From an uncultured Peptococcaceae bacterium (GTDB taxonomy: Bacteria; Bacillota; DSM-12270; Thermacetogeniales; Thermacetogeniaceae), in the NCBI GenBank assembly GCA_963807495.1, contig CAWEDD010000005.1:28953-92952 (forward strand): a stretch of 64,000 bases of DNA. Direction: 5' to 3'. The position numbers were made by a program, and so were the translations under genes. Positions 9,931 to 21,299 of this stretch are shown one piece after another (position 1 is the first letter of the stretch; each line of letters starts with the position of its first letter). The notes under the pieces are model-generated. The model did no database searches, was not told the origin of the DNA, and saw nothing but the letters and a program-made list of their open reading frames with translations.

Positions 9931-10371
9931 ATGTTTATCGGAGAGCATCAGCATAGTTTTGACGCCAAGGGACGGCTGATCCTGCCGTCAAAATTCAGAA
10001 GCCGCCTGGGAGATCGCTGCATCTCCACCCGCGGCCTGGACCGCTCTCTGTTCGTGTTTCCCCTTGACGAGTGGGATTCCCTGGAGCAGAAACTGAGGAA
10101 GCTGCCGCTGACCATGCCCGAGGCCCGGCGCTTCACCCGCTATCTCTTCTCCGGAGCCTCTGAATGCGAACTGGATGTTCAGGGTCGGATTTTAATTCCG
10201 CCTTCCCTGAGAGAATATGCAGGGATTAACCGGGAGGTCGTGATCATCGGGGCCGGTTCCAGGATCGAGATCTGGGCGAAGGAGCGCTGGCTCGAGTATG
10301 CCGCGCCGGTGGAGGAGACCTTCGACGACCTGGCGGCCAAACTTGGCGAGGGCGATATCTTCAGTGTCTGA
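9931..10371 (+). CDS. mraZ: Transcriptional regulator MraZ
   Basis: It reads MFIGEHQHSFDAKGRLILPSKFRSRL...DVQGRILIPPSLREYAGINREVVIIGAGSRIEIWAKERW, a duplicated SpoVT-AbrB/MraZ DXXXR-type fold. The start is taken at ATG 9931 rather than the track start. Confidence 0.9.
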   Translation: MFIGEHQHSFDAKGRLILPSKFRSRLGDRCISTRGLDRSLFVFPLDEWDSLEQKLRKLPLTMPEARRFTRYLFSGASECELDVQGRILIPPSLREYAGINREVVIIGAGSRIEIWAKERWLEYAAPVEETFDDLAAKLGEGDIFSV

Positions 10372-11278
10372 GATCGAACACCGGCCGGTCATGTTGGCGG
10401 AGGCGCTGGAGTGGCTGGCGGTGCGAGAGGGAGGAACCTACGTCGACTGCACGGTGGGGGGAGGCGGACATGCCCAGTCGGTGCTCCGCCAGGCAGGTGC
10501 GGGAGGCCGGCTGATCGGGCTGGATCAGGATGAGATCGCCCTGGCTCGGGCGACGGCCAACCTCAGTGCTTATGGGGAGCGGGTAACTTTAATCAAGAGC
10601 GATTACCGGCGGTTGTCCGCAGTCCTGGCCGGCCTGAAGATAACCGGGGTGGACGGAGCCCTGTTCGACCTGGGAGTGTCTTCTTGGCAGGTGCTGGATG
10701 CTGAAAGGGGTTTTAGCTACCAACAGGATGCGCCGCTTGATATGCGAATGGATCGGTCAGCGGCCACCACCGCAGCCGATCTCGTCAATAGCTTGCCGGA
10801 GCGGGAGTTGGCCGGGCTGATCCTGCGCTACGGCGAAGAGAGATGGGCAAAAAGAATTGCCTCATTCATAGCAGATGCCAGGGTCAAGCGGCCGGTTGCC
10901 ACCTCGGCACAGCTGGTGGAGATCATCAAACGGGCAATCCCGGCGGGCGCCCGCAGAACCGGCCCGCACCCCGCCAAGCGCACCTTCCAGGCGCTGCGGA
11001 TTGCGGTCAACGACGAGCTTAACGGTTTGAGCCTTGGTTTGGAGGCGGCCGTCTCAGCGCTACGGTCAGGGGGCAGGATTGTGGCGATCTCCTTTCATTC
11101 TCTGGAAGACCGGATCGTCAAGAACAGCTTTCGAGACCATGCGAAAAGCAGCGAAGTGCCCGCCAGTGGGGCGGTGTTGCGAGTGTTGACTAAAAAACCG
11201 GTCAGACCGGCAGCGGAAGAGCTGAAGCAGAACCCGAAAGCTCGCAGCGCTAAATTGCGAGCCGCGGAGAGGATCTAG
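10364..11278 (+). CDS. rsmH: 16S rRNA (cytosine1402-N4)-methyltransferase RsmH
   Basis: It has HRPVMLAEALEWL, YVDCTVGGGGHA, DLGVSSWQ, RGFSY..DAPLDMRM and ISFHSLEDRIVK. A GTG start at 10364 overlaps the mraZ stop. Confidence 0.9.
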   Translation: MSEIEHRPVMLAEALEWLAVREGGTYVDCTVGGGGHAQSVLRQAGAGGRLIGLDQDEIALARATANLSAYGERVTLIKSDYRRLSAVLAGLKITGVDGALFDLGVSSWQVLDAERGFSYQQDAPLDMRMDRSAATTAADLVNSLPERELAGLILRYGEERWAKRIASFIADARVKRPVATSAQLVEIIKRAIPAGARRTGPHPAKRTFQALRIAVNDELNGLSLGLEAAVSALRSGGRIVAISFHSLEDRIVKNSFRDHAKSSEVPASGAVLRVLTKKPVRPAAEELKQNPKARSAKLRAAERI

Positions 11279-11377
11279 ACGGGGTCGCCGGGAATGTGTA
11301 GAGAGAGATCGGTTTCAGCAAGAGGAAGCGGCAACCAGGAACAGGAACCCGAATATAAAACAAATGAGGTGAATAAT

Positions 11378-11839
11378 TTGGTATTAGCCGAAAAGAAACA
11401 GTACTCGGCGATACAACCGGAGAGCAACCTCAGTCCTGTCGCTAGGGCGGGCACCGCCGCCAGGAGGCGCCCCCTATACGCCTTGATGATTCTTGCCGGT
11501 TTCGCTTTATGCATGCTGTACACCTATCAGACAACCAGGATCATCTCCCTGGGTTATCAGGCGGAAAATGTCCAGGGCGACATTTCCAGTCTGCAGACCG
11601 CAAACAACCGCATGGAACTCGAGATAGCTCAGCTCCAGGCGCCCATAAGAGTCGAACAGATCGCCAGAAACAAATTGGGGATGACGGACCCGGATAATTT
11701 CCTGGTCGCATCTGCTGCCACTGAGGAGCTGTCCCCGGAACCGCAGGCAGTGAGTCAGGTCCCAAAGAGCACGTGGAGCAGCCGGTTGCTGGCCCTGCTT
11801 CCGCGGTTCACCGGCAGGGCTGAAGCTTCGACCCGCTGA
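11378..11839 (+). CDS. ftsL: Cell division protein FtsL (septum formation initiator-like)
   Basis: The assignment rests on position between rsmH and the PBP, a single TM segment (LYALMILAGFALCMLYTY), then a coiled-coil (ENVQGDISSLQTANNRMELEIAQLQAPIRVEQIARNKLGM). A TTG at 11378 follows the RBS GAGGTGA; the track ORF starts at 11294. Confidence 0.65.
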   Translation: MVLAEKKQYSAIQPESNLSPVARAGTAARRRPLYALMILAGFALCMLYTYQTTRIISLGYQAENVQGDISSLQTANNRMELEIAQLQAPIRVEQIARNKLGMTDPDNFLVASAATEELSPEPQAVSQVPKSTWSSRLLALLPRFTGRAEASTR

Positions 11840-11853
11840 TGGGGTGATCGATA

Positions 11854-13989
11854 TTGGCTAAAGGCGACGTCACTGTACGCAAGAGAATAACCTTTCTCTT
11901 TTTTGGCATTTTTTTTATTTTCGGACTGTTATGCCTCCGCTTGGCATGGCTGCAACTGGTCAAGGGAAACTGGTACGAGCAGCAGGCTCTCCAGAACCGG
12001 ATCCGCGAAATCACGGTCGACCCCAAGCGCGGCGATATCTTCGACCGCAACGGCAACGTACTGGCCACCAGTATCAGCGCCGATGCGGTCTACGCTATAC
12101 CGGCAGAGGTCAAAAGCTCGGGTCAGGCCGCGAACATAGCCCAGCAACTGGCAGGCGTGCTCGGCTTGAATGAAGGTGACGTGCTGGCGAGCATCACCCA
12201 GGATCAGCAATCGGTATGGATCAAGCTGAAGCTGGATCCGGATCAATCCCAGGCCCTGCGCCAGATGAGCCTTCCGGGGATCGGCATTATTTCCAAACCC
12301 CAGCGCTATTACCCGCAAAAAAACCTTGCCTCCCAAGTCCTGGGCATTGCCGGTGATTACAACCAGGGCCTGGAGGGGATTGAGTTCGCCTATGATCAAG
12401 AGCTCTCGGGCGTCAGCGGCCGCATGCTGGTGGAGTGCGATGCCCAGGGGCGTGAAATCCCCGATACCGCTCGCCAATTCATCGAGCCTGAGCCGGGCCT
12501 GAGCCTGGTGTTGACGATCGACCAGAACATCCAGTATTTTGCCGAACGCCAGCTGGACCAGGTGATGCAGGAACGGCATCCGATAAGCGCCTGCATGATC
12601 ATCATGGACCCGAATACCGGTGAGATCCTGGCCATGGCCAACCGGCCGGACTTCGATCCGAATAATTATGCAGCCTATCCTGAGGCCAACCGGCGCAACG
12701 TCGCTATCTCCAACAGCTACGAGCCGGGCTCCACTTTCAAGATCGTCACCCTGGGAGCGGCCCTGGACGAGAATATGGTCAGCCAGAACGACCGCTTCTA
12801 TTGCCCCGGCTATATCCAAGTGGCGGACCGGCTGATCCACTGCTGGCTGCCCGGAGGTCACGGCAGCGAATCTTTGGGGGAGGTGGTTCAGAACTCCTGC
12901 AATGTCGGCTTCATCGACATCGGACTCAGGATCGGCCTGGACGCCTTCTATAAATACCTGGATGCCTTTGGATTCGGTCAGCCGCTTGGCATAGACCTGC
13001 CGGGGGAAGCCAGCGGCATTATTGTCAATCAGAAAGAGGCCACCCAGGTCGACCTGGCCACCATGTCCATCGGCCAGGCCAACAGTGTGACCCCGCTGCA
13101 GCTGGTAACCGCCATGAGCGCAGTGGCCAACGGCGGTAAGCTGATGCGCCCTTACGTGGTCAAGGAGGAACTTAACAGCCAGGGCCAGGCTGTACGCCAG
13201 TTTGGACCGCAGGTGATTCGCCAGGTGCTCTCGACGGCCACGGCCCAGGAGGAGGGCAGCCTGTTGCAGCGGGTGGTGGATGAAGGGACTGGCACCAACG
13301 CCCGCATCGATGGCTACGCAGTGGCCGGAAAGACCGGCACCGGGCAGAAGCCGCTGCCAGGCGGCGGATATTCGGAAACGGCTAACGTGCTCTCGTTCTG
13401 CGGATTTGCTCCTGTCGGTCAGGCGCGCCTCGCCTGTGTAGTGATGCTCGACACTCCCCAGGGCTACCCCCAGTTCGGCGGGGTCATGGCCGCTCCCCTG
13501 TTCCAGCAGGCAATGCAGGACAGCCTGCATTATTTGCAGGTCCCTTTGGGCTATGTGCCAGAGGGCGCTAATTTGAATAATGAAATGACTGTGGTGCCGC
13601 CAGTGATCAATCTGCCTTTAGCTGAAGCACAAAAAGCTCTGGCTCAGGCAGGCCTGACCGGCGTGCCGAACGGAGTGGGTCCGGTGGTGCTCGGGCAGGT
13701 GCCGGTCGATGGTGTCAGCGTGCAAAAGGGGAGCAGTGTGTTGCTGAACCTGGAGGCGCCAGAGGTGAACCCAACTGGCGATCGCACCGTACCTGACGTC
13801 AAGGGCAAGAGCATGCGGGATACGGCTGAGCTGCTGGGAGATATGGACCTGGAGCTGGTTCCACAGGGAGGCCCCTTCTCCTCTGGGAATGCGGTGCAGC
13901 AGGATCCGGCCGCCGGCACCCGGGTCAAAGCCGGCAGCCAGGTTACTGTAAAATTCGCATCGCCGCTGCCCATGACGAGCGGTCCCTGA
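11854..13989 (+). CDS. Class B penicillin-binding protein (FtsI/PBP2B/SpoVD type) with C-terminal PASTA domains
   Basis: This is a 711-aa intact ORF. It has an N-terminal TM segment, the dimerisation domain, transpeptidase motifs STFK (EPGSTFKIVT), SCN (QNSCNVG) and KTGT (AGKTGTGQ), and two PASTA-like repeats at the C-terminus. Confidence 0.85.
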   Translation: MAKGDVTVRKRITFLFFGIFFIFGLLCLRLAWLQLVKGNWYEQQALQNRIREITVDPKRGDIFDRNGNVLATSISADAVYAIPAEVKSSGQAANIAQQLAGVLGLNEGDVLASITQDQQSVWIKLKLDPDQSQALRQMSLPGIGIISKPQRYYPQKNLASQVLGIAGDYNQGLEGIEFAYDQELSGVSGRMLVECDAQGREIPDTARQFIEPEPGLSLVLTIDQNIQYFAERQLDQVMQERHPISACMIIMDPNTGEILAMANRPDFDPNNYAAYPEANRRNVAISNSYEPGSTFKIVTLGAALDENMVSQNDRFYCPGYIQVADRLIHCWLPGGHGSESLGEVVQNSCNVGFIDIGLRIGLDAFYKYLDAFGFGQPLGIDLPGEASGIIVNQKEATQVDLATMSIGQANSVTPLQLVTAMSAVANGGKLMRPYVVKEELNSQGQAVRQFGPQVIRQVLSTATAQEEGSLLQRVVDEGTGTNARIDGYAVAGKTGTGQKPLPGGGYSETANVLSFCGFAPVGQARLACVVMLDTPQGYPQFGGVMAAPLFQQAMQDSLHYLQVPLGYVPEGANLNNEMTVVPPVINLPLAEAQKALAQAGLTGVPNGVGPVVLGQVPVDGVSVQKGSSVLLNLEAPEVNPTGDRTVPDVKGKSMRDTAELLGDMDLELVPQGGPFSSGNAVQQDPAAGTRVKAGSQVTVKFASPLPMTSGP

Positions 13990-14271
13990 TCAGGCATTTA
14001 TAGACATAAATGGAATCAATTTTACTAAATGATTTTTTTGGGAAGGATAGAATTATTACAAGTAATAAGCCAGCCATGTGCAATTTCGTAAAGTTATGGT
14101 CGGTCCGTTTTTTCCGGGCCGGGAGCCAGTAAGATAAACAGCCGGAAAAGAGCGGCATCGCTTGATACTGACGGGGACGAACTGTAATGGTGGCGCGCGG
14201 TCTGATAACAGGTCGAGAGCTGACTGATAGCAGTTGCGAGCGGAATGAGAGTCAAGAGTGGACTGAACTTG

Positions 14272-15755
14272 ATGGGGACAGAGATTAGATTTTCTTTGCA
14301 ACAACTGATGGGGGGCATCAAGATCCGGGCTGCGTCAGGACTGATGACTCCGGTGACAGGGGTGCATTACGACTCCCGCCAAGTGCAGCCAGGTTTTGTC
14401 TTTGTCTGCATTTCCGGCTACCGAGCCGACGGCCACAGCTACATCGACGATGCGGCCCGGCGGGGTGCAGCAGCGGTGGTCATCGAAACAGAAGCCGCGC
14501 TGCCCGCCGGATTGGCATGGGCAAGAGTGCCGGACACCCGATCGGCTCTGGCCGATATGGCGGCCAACTTTTACGGTCATCCCAGCCGGGAGATGAGCCT
14601 GTTCGGAGTCACCGGCACCAACGGCAAGACGACCACGGTGCACCTGATCGCCAGCCTCCTCAGGGCCGGGGGCATGCCCATGGCGGAGGTGGGCACCGTC
14701 TGGAATCAGCGCACCACTCCGGAGTCCCTGGACCTGCAGCGCTCGCTACGGTGTTGGGCTGATCAGGGAATCCGGGGGGTGGCCATGGAAGCGTCTTCCC
14801 ACGGGCTTTTTTTGAAGCGTGTGGCTGGCTGTGAATTCGACGCAGCCGTTTTTACGAATGTTTCCCAGGATCACCTGGACTTTCACGGGGATCTGAAAGA
14901 ATACCTGGCAGTCAAGATGCGGCTTTTCCAGCACCTGGGCCAGGACCGTACCAAGGCCAGACCCTGCTATGCAGTGGTCAACCTGGACGATCCGCATGGA
15001 AGAGAGGTGTGCAGGGCGACAGCGGCGCCCATACTCACCTACGGCATCGATGAGGAGGCGGAGGTGAGGGCCGTGGATCTGCGTCTCTCGGAGCATGGTA
15101 CTGCATTTACCGTTTGCTTTGAAGGGAACCGTCTTCCGTTTAAGATATCCCTGCCGGGCAGGTTCAACGTTTATAACAGCCTGGCGGCTATCGCCGTCGG
15201 TTTAAAAGAGGGCCTGCAGCCGGATCTCATCGAGCGGGTGCTGGCCGGAGCGGCAGGGGTGCCGGGTCGCTTCCAGGTGGTGAATGAGGGACAGGATTTT
15301 ACAGTAGTCGTCGACTACGCCCATACCCCCGACGGTCTGGAAAATGTGCTGCGCACCGCCAGGGCGCTGACACGGGGCCGAGCTGATCGCCGTGTTTGGC
15401 TGCGGCGGCGACCGCGACCCGGGCAAGCGGCCGATGATGGGCAAGATAGCCGGGCAGCTATGCGATGCTGTCATTATGACCTCTGACAACCCGCGGAGCG
15501 AGGAGCCGCTCTCTATCATCCGGCAGATCGAAACCGGCCTGAGGGAAGTGGCGGCTGCCTGCTACGAGGTGATCCCGGACCGCCGCGAGGCGATCGGAAG
15601 GGCTCTGAGCGGCAGCCCGCAGCGGCGATTTCGTGGTGATCGCCGGCAAGGGGCACGAAGACTACCAGATCATCGGCAGCCAGGTGTTGCCCTTCAGCGA
15701 TGAGCAGGCTGCAAGAGAGATTTTGACCGGGGATATTTTGAAGAAGGAGACTTGA
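14272..15755 (+). CDS. murE: UDP-N-acetylmuramoyl-L-alanyl-D-glutamate--2,6-diaminopimelate ligase, two apparent frameshifts near 15375 and 15620
   Basis: It has [24 protein letters not shown], then in another frame [38 protein letters not shown], and a final frame [31 protein letters not shown], with a stop at 15753-15755. Confidence 0.85.
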
Positions 15756-15869
15756 AGAAAGAAAGAAATTCTTACCGAGAGCTGCATTCGGAAAGAAACT
15801 TTAACTGAGGAACTTTAACCGACGAGATTTCAACGAAATAAATTTCAAAGAAGGAGATCCCGGCCAGCG

Positions 15870-17264
15870 ATGGAAGCGCTCCGCATGTGGCAGATCGAGG
15901 CAGCGGTCAAGGGCTGCCTGCTCCAGGGAAACAGGGAGACCGTGGTGACCGGCGTGGCTATCGACAGCAGGCGGGTGGAGGACGGACAGCTCTTCTTCGC
16001 CCTGCCGGGCGCCAGGACCGACGGGCATCGATACTTGGAGGATGCCTGGCAGCGGGGGGCGGCGGCGGCGGTTGTCTCCAGCCCGGTGTCCGCCGCAGCG
16101 GGGCGGACGCTGCTGCTGGTGCCCGATACGCTGCAGGCGCTGCAGGTCCTGGCCGGGTATTACCGGAGCCTGTTTTCGATTCCGGTGGTGGCGGTTACCG
16201 GAAGCACAGGCAAGACCACCACCAAGGACCTGACCGCAGGGGTGCTGGGAGTAAAATGGAGCGTCGTAAAAACCGAGGGAAACCAGAACAACGAGATCGG
16301 CCTACCCCTGACCCTGCTGCGCCTCGATCATCACTCTGGGGCTGCGGTGCTGGAGATGGCGATGCGCCTCCCCGGAGAGATAGCGTTGTTATCAAGGATC
16401 TGTCAGCCGCTGATCGGGGTGATCACCAACATAGGCATCACCCATTTGGAAAGGCTGGGTTCACAAGCTGCGATCGCAGAGGCCAAGGGCGAGCTTGTAC
16501 AGGCCCTCCCGCCGCAAGGCTGCGCCGTCCTGAACGGGGACGATCCCTGGCAGCTGCAGCTGGCCCGGAAGTGCAACTGCGAAGTGCTGTTTTACGGGAC
16601 GTCGTCTGAGCATTGCGCGGTGCGCGCCGGAGGCATCAGGCTGGATGGGCTGAATGGGTCGGAATTCACCCTGTCAACGCCGCTGGGGGAGTCATCGTGC
16701 TATCTGCCCCTGCCAGGCGCCCATAACGTCGTCAATGCCCTGGCGGCGGCGGCGGTGGGCTACCGTCTGGGCATGCGCCCCGGAGAGATCGCCAGGGGTT
16801 TGGGGACTGCCAGCCTCACCGGTATGCGCCTGGAGGTCAAGGCGGGGATCGGGGGCAGCACACTCATCGACGACACCTACAACGCCAGCCCGGATTCTGT
16901 CATGGCAGCCTTGCAACTGCTGGTGGCCGTGCCCGCAAACAGGACGATTGCAGTGCTGGGAGGGATGTATGAGCTGGGTGAGGCTGCAGCCGCCAGCCAC
17001 CGGACGGTGGGAGAACAGGCTGCCGCGCTCGGAGTTCATCGCCTCTGCGCAGTGGGTGAGCTGGCCCGGGAGATCGCCGTGGGCGCACGGGCGGCCGGCA
17101 TGCCGGAGGAGCGTGTCCGGTTTTTCCCGGATAACGCTGCCACTGCTAATTTTTTGGCCAGTCTGATCGCACCGGGCGACGTCGTGCTGTTGAAAGCGTC
17201 CCGGGGGGCGCACATGGATGAGCTCGTGACGTTGCTGCGCTGGCAGGGTCTGCGGGATGGATGA
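15870..17264 (+). CDS. murF: UDP-N-acetylmuramoyl-tripeptide--D-alanyl-D-alanine ligase
   Basis: This is an intact 464-aa ORF with AVTGSTGKTTTKD, NNEIGLPLTLL, ITNIGITHLERLGS and DDTYNASPDS. Confidence 0.9.
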   Translation: MEALRMWQIEAAVKGCLLQGNRETVVTGVAIDSRRVEDGQLFFALPGARTDGHRYLEDAWQRGAAAAVVSSPVSAAAGRTLLLVPDTLQALQVLAGYYRSLFSIPVVAVTGSTGKTTTKDLTAGVLGVKWSVVKTEGNQNNEIGLPLTLLRLDHHSGAAVLEMAMRLPGEIALLSRICQPLIGVITNIGITHLERLGSQAAIAEAKGELVQALPPQGCAVLNGDDPWQLQLARKCNCEVLFYGTSSEHCAVRAGGIRLDGLNGSEFTLSTPLGESSCYLPLPGAHNVVNALAAAAVGYRLGMRPGEIARGLGTASLTGMRLEVKAGIGGSTLIDDTYNASPDSVMAALQLLVAVPANRTIAVLGGMYELGEAAAASHRTVGEQAAALGVHRLCAVGELAREIAVGARAAGMPEERVRFFPDNAATANFLASLIAPGDVVLLKASRGAHMDELVTLLRWQGLRDG

Positions 17265-17414
17265 CACCGATGACTGACGGATGCCCTCGTGCCGGCGGAT
17301 GGCAGCCGGTTGGTCATGAACATGCTTTATCCGGTGCGGGAGACTGCTTCAGGAGGGGTGGAGCGGCTATTTCTCAGGATCGGATGATTTCAAAGCCTGA
17401 TAGGCGAGGTTGTC

Positions 17415-18323
17415 ATGAATGAGAAGATCGCGGAAGTGGCGGCAGCTTTTGGGATCAGCCTGATCGTAGTCCTGCTGCTCGGTCCAATACTCATACCACT
17501 GCTCCATCGCCTGAAGTTTGGGCAGCAGGTGCGCCGCGACGGCCCTGGTTCTCATCTGGAGAAACAGGGAACCGCCACTATGGGCGGGCTGCTGATCCTG
17601 GCAGGCACGGGATTCGCCACCTTGTTAGCGACCGGCCTGAACGCCAGGGCGCTGCTGCTGGTGGCGATCATGGCCGGCTGCGGCCTTTTGGGTTTTGCCG
17701 ACGATTTCATGCAGGTGGTGTTAAAGCGCCCGCTCGGAATCAGGGCGCGCACCAAGCTGCTGGGCCAGCTGCTGTTGGGAGCGCTTCTGGTCTGGGGAGT
17801 TTTCACCCTGCAAGCGGGAACGGCGGTGCGTTTGCCCTTCACCGGTCAACAGCTCCCGCTTGGCATCATCTGGTACCCGGTGCTGGCGGTGTTGATCCTG
17901 ATGGCCACCACCAACGCCGTCAATCTTACGGACGGCCTTGACGGTCTGGCCGGCGGCCTGGTGCTGATCGCCTCCCTGGCGTACGTGCTGTTTGCGTGGA
18001 TGACAGGACAGTATGAGGTGGCTGTCTTTGCCGGGGCACTGGCCGGAAGCTGTTTGGGTTTTCTCCGCTTCAACTATCATCCGGCCCGGATCTTCATGGG
18101 AGATACCGGTTCATTGGCGCTGGGAGGGGCTCTGGCGGCGCTGGCGGTAATGACTCATACCGAACTGGTGCTGCTCATCCTGGGCGGTGTATTCATACTG
18201 GAAACGCTGTCGGTGATTATCCAGGTGATCTCTTTCAAGCTTACGGGAAGGCGGGTTTTCAGGATGAGCCCCCTGCACCATCATTTCGAGCTTTCAGGCT
18301 GGACCGAGACCAGGGTCGTTTAA
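17415..18323 (+). CDS. mraY: Phospho-N-acetylmuramoyl-pentapeptide-transferase
   Basis: This is an intact 302-aa polytopic membrane ORF with GTATMGG, NAVNLTDGLDGLA, MGDTGSLALGG and SPLHHHFELSGW. Confidence 0.92.
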   Translation: MNEKIAEVAAAFGISLIVVLLLGPILIPLLHRLKFGQQVRRDGPGSHLEKQGTATMGGLLILAGTGFATLLATGLNARALLLVAIMAGCGLLGFADDFMQVVLKRPLGIRARTKLLGQLLLGALLVWGVFTLQAGTAVRLPFTGQQLPLGIIWYPVLAVLILMATTNAVNLTDGLDGLAGGLVLIASLAYVLFAWMTGQYEVAVFAGALAGSCLGFLRFNYHPARIFMGDTGSLALGGALAALAVMTHTELVLLILGGVFILETLSVIIQVISFKLTGRRVFRMSPLHHHFELSGWTETRVV

Positions 18324-18453
18324 CTCTTCTGGATGCTGGGGTTGTGCTGTGCAGTTTTCGGTTTCTGGGCGATGCGCGGGCCAAGCTGATGGTTGGCAGC
18401 CCGGCGGCCGTCTGCCGGCCAATAGCTCAAGACACGGTAGGGGTGGGTTTAGA

Positions 18454-19914
18454 TTGACAAGCCTTGAGAACAAAAAAGTGCTGGTAGTGGGGATGGCCCG
18501 CAGCGGCCAGGCGGCTGCACGCTTTTTGGCGACTCTTGGAGCGCGGGTGACCGGCACCGACATCAAACGACAATCGGAACTGGATCTGGATCCGGGCGGG
18601 ATGGGGCCCTGCTTCGAGCTCGTTGCCGGGGGCTATCCGGAGCTGCGGAGGGGTAAGTACGACCTGCTGGTGGTCAGCCCCGGCGTGCCGCTGACCATAG
18701 CCCCGCTAGCGGAGGCTGCGCAGCTGGGAATTCCGGTCTGGAGCGAGTTAGAGCTGGCGTCCCGGTTTATTAGAGAGCCGATCATTGCCATCACCGGCAC
18801 CAACGGGAAAACCACCACCACCGCGCTGGCCGGCTACATCTTCGAGAAGGCGGGACGCCGGGTAGTGGTGGCTGGCAATATCGGCATCCCGCTGATAGGC
18901 GAGGTCGAACGGACGCTCAGGGAGCGGAGCGGCGTGGATTACTGGATCGTGGAGGTCAGCTCTTTTCAACTGGAGCGCTCCCACAACTTCCGGCCGCATA
19001 TCGCGGTGTTGCTGAACCTCACCCCGGACCACCTGGACCGGCACCGGACGCTCGAGGAGTATGGGCGGGTAAAAGCGCGCCTTTTTCAAAATCAGGATTC
19101 CGGCGACCATGCCGTGTTGAACCTGGAAGACCCCTGGGTTAACTCCAGGGTGGAAAAGCTGCGCGCTCAAAAATGCTGGTTTTCCACCAAGCGCGTGCCG
19201 GCCACAGGCATCGGCATCGAGGAGGGGACGATCGCATACGCCGCCGACGGGTTAAGGGAGGATCTCTGCCAGGCGCGGAGCATCCTGATCCCGGGGCCTC
19301 ACAATCTGGCCAATGCCCTGGCCGCATCTGCGACGGCGCTCCTGGCAGGTATAGGGAGGGAAACCATAGCGGCCGCCCTCTCGACCTTCCCCGGGGTGCC
19401 TCACCGGCTCGAGCCGGCCGGCATGGTCGGCGGGGTCAGATACGTCAACGATTCCAAGGGAACGAATCCGGATTCGGTGCTGAAGGCCCTGGACTCATTC
19501 AGTGAACCGATCATCCTGATCGCCGGAGGAAAGGCCAAGGGGAGCGATTTCTCAGCTCTGGCCGAGAGAATCAAGGCGGGTAAAGGCGCTGGTCCTGCTT
19601 GGCCAGGCCGCTCCCCAGATCGAAGAGGCGGTCAGGGCGGCCGGCTATAATGCTGTCTGGAGGGCGGCCACCTCGAGGAGAGTGTGCAGACCGCAGCCCG
19701 GCTGGCCAGCCCCGGCGATGTGGTCCTGCTCTCACCGGCCTGCGCCAGTTGGGACATGTTCAGGGATTACGAGGAGAGGGGCGATTTATTCAAGTCGTTG
19801 GTGTGTCAGATGTCGGAGGACGCCCCACCGGCCGGGTACCGCGCCCATCCACAGGATGGGCGCCCGGCAGGGGGGGTGCGGATACCCGCTTTAGCGGGTC
19901 GGGCGTTGCCATAA
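18454..19914 (+). CDS. murD: UDP-N-acetylmuramoylalanine--D-glutamate ligase, one apparent frameshift near 19580
   Basis: A TTG start at 18454 gives [18 protein letters not shown]. It also has [11 protein letters not shown] and [10 protein letters not shown]. The C-terminus continues in ORF 19684..19914 ([32 protein letters not shown]). Confidence 0.85.
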
Positions 19915-19977
19915 CTGTTCATCCTCTTCCGATATCCGGCAGTACGCATCTGATCTCCGTTTGAAAGGAGGAGGCAC

Positions 19978-21078
19978 GTGAAGGCAAACAGGCAGCCCCT
20001 CGATTTCATGCTGTTCCTGGTGATCCTGATGCTGCTCACCATGGGCATCATCATGGTGTTCAGCGCCAGCTTCGTCTCCGCGCAGACAACCTACGGAGAC
20101 GGCTTCTATTTTTTGAAGCGCCAGTTGCTCTTCGCAGTGTTGGGCGTAGCCTGCATGATCGCGGTCATGCGCATCGACTACCGGCAATACAAGAAATGGG
20201 CGATGCCGCTATTTATCGTGTCGGTTTTCCTCCTGATCATCGTCCTGATCCCGGGGGTGGGGCTCAAGATCAGCGGGGCACGGCGCTGGCTGGGAGTGTC
20301 GGCGCTCTCCTTCCAACCCTCCGAGGTGGCCAAGCTGGCGCTGGTGCTGTTCCTGGCCCGGTACCTGTCCCAGCATCAGGACAGCGTCAAGGAGTTCTTC
20401 AAGGGTTTTGCCCTGCCGATGCTGATCGTCGGCCTCGTCTGCGGCTTCATGCTGCTGCAGCCGGACCTGGGCACGGCGGTGACCAATTTGCCACCTCCTA
20501 CTCATGATGATGGTGGCAGGCGCCCGCAAGACTCACACCTGATGGGCCTGGCCTGTCTGGGAGATGGCTGACTGGGGGTGGCCATCGCAGCGGCGCCATA
20601 CCGCCTGGCGCGGTTCACCGCCTTTCTCAATCCCTGGGCCGACCCCCTGGGCAGCGGGGTTCCAGACTATCCAGTCCCTTTACGCAGTGGGCTCGGGAAG
20701 GCTGTTCGGCCTGGGACTGGGCATGGGCCGGCAGAAGTTCCTGTACCTGCCCGAGGTGCAGACAGACTTTATCTTTGCCGTGATCGGCGAGGAACTGGGC
20801 TTTATCGGGTCGTATTCGTGTTGGGATTATTTTTCGTCTTTATGTGGCGGGGGTTGAGAATCGCCTTGAAGACGCCTGACACATTCGCCTCCCTGGTGGC
20901 GGTGGGCATCACCTTCAACGTAGTGCTGCAGGCGTTTATCCACATCGGTGCCGACACGGCCACTCTGCCGGTCAAGGGGATCACCCTGCCCTTTATCAGC
21001 TACGGAGGTTCTTCTCTGACCCTGACCTTGCTGATGGTTGGAATTTTGTTAAATATTTCGTATTTTAGTGATGGATAG
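19978..21078 (+). CDS. ftsW: SEDS-family peptidoglycan glycosyltransferase FtsW/SpoVE, about three apparent frameshifts
   Basis: It reads MKANRQPLDFMLFLVILMLLTMGIIMVFSAS...RWLGVSALSFQPSEVAKLALVLFLA...LLQPDLGTAV, then QTIQSLYAVGSGRLFGLGLGMGRQKFLYLPEVQTDFIFAVIGEELGFIG and LPVKGITLPFISYGGSSL in other frames. Confidence 0.85.
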
Positions 21079-21299
21079 ATTAGTTATTTGCGGTGGATAG
21101 AGCAGTTTATTGATGAATGAGGGAGATTAAGGTCGGACTGGGAGTATCTGCGCATGGTTAGAACAGTTTTTACAAATGGCTGAAGAGTATTTACCCATGG
21201 TTAGAAGAGTTTTCGCGTATGGCTAGGGGTGTATCAGATGCACAGAGGAGTCTTTCCAACTGGAATTGGATTTTTGCAGATGGATAGGGGGGCGCGGTC
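21071..21299 (+). repeat. Degenerate tandem array of ~21-22-bp units in the ftsW-murG spacer
   Basis: The core [A/G]TGGNT[A/G][A/G] recurs at 21071, 21093, 21154, 21176, 21197, 21219 and 21280, with spacings of 22, 61, 22, 21, 22 and 61 bp. Each core re-creates the ftsW stop context GATGGATAG. Confidence 0.55.

Noticed and set aside
11929-13530. Very long antisense ORFs: 11929..13530 (533 aa), 51147..53051 (634 aa), 24790..25827, 23313..24227, 6164..6889 and 63151..63813
   Set aside because: Each lies entirely opposite a gene with strong, motif-verified coding signal (the PBP, ileS, murA, murC, paaK, pyrB). Their translations are low-complexity R/P/G/A-rich. Such open antisense frames are expected in GC-rich DNA.
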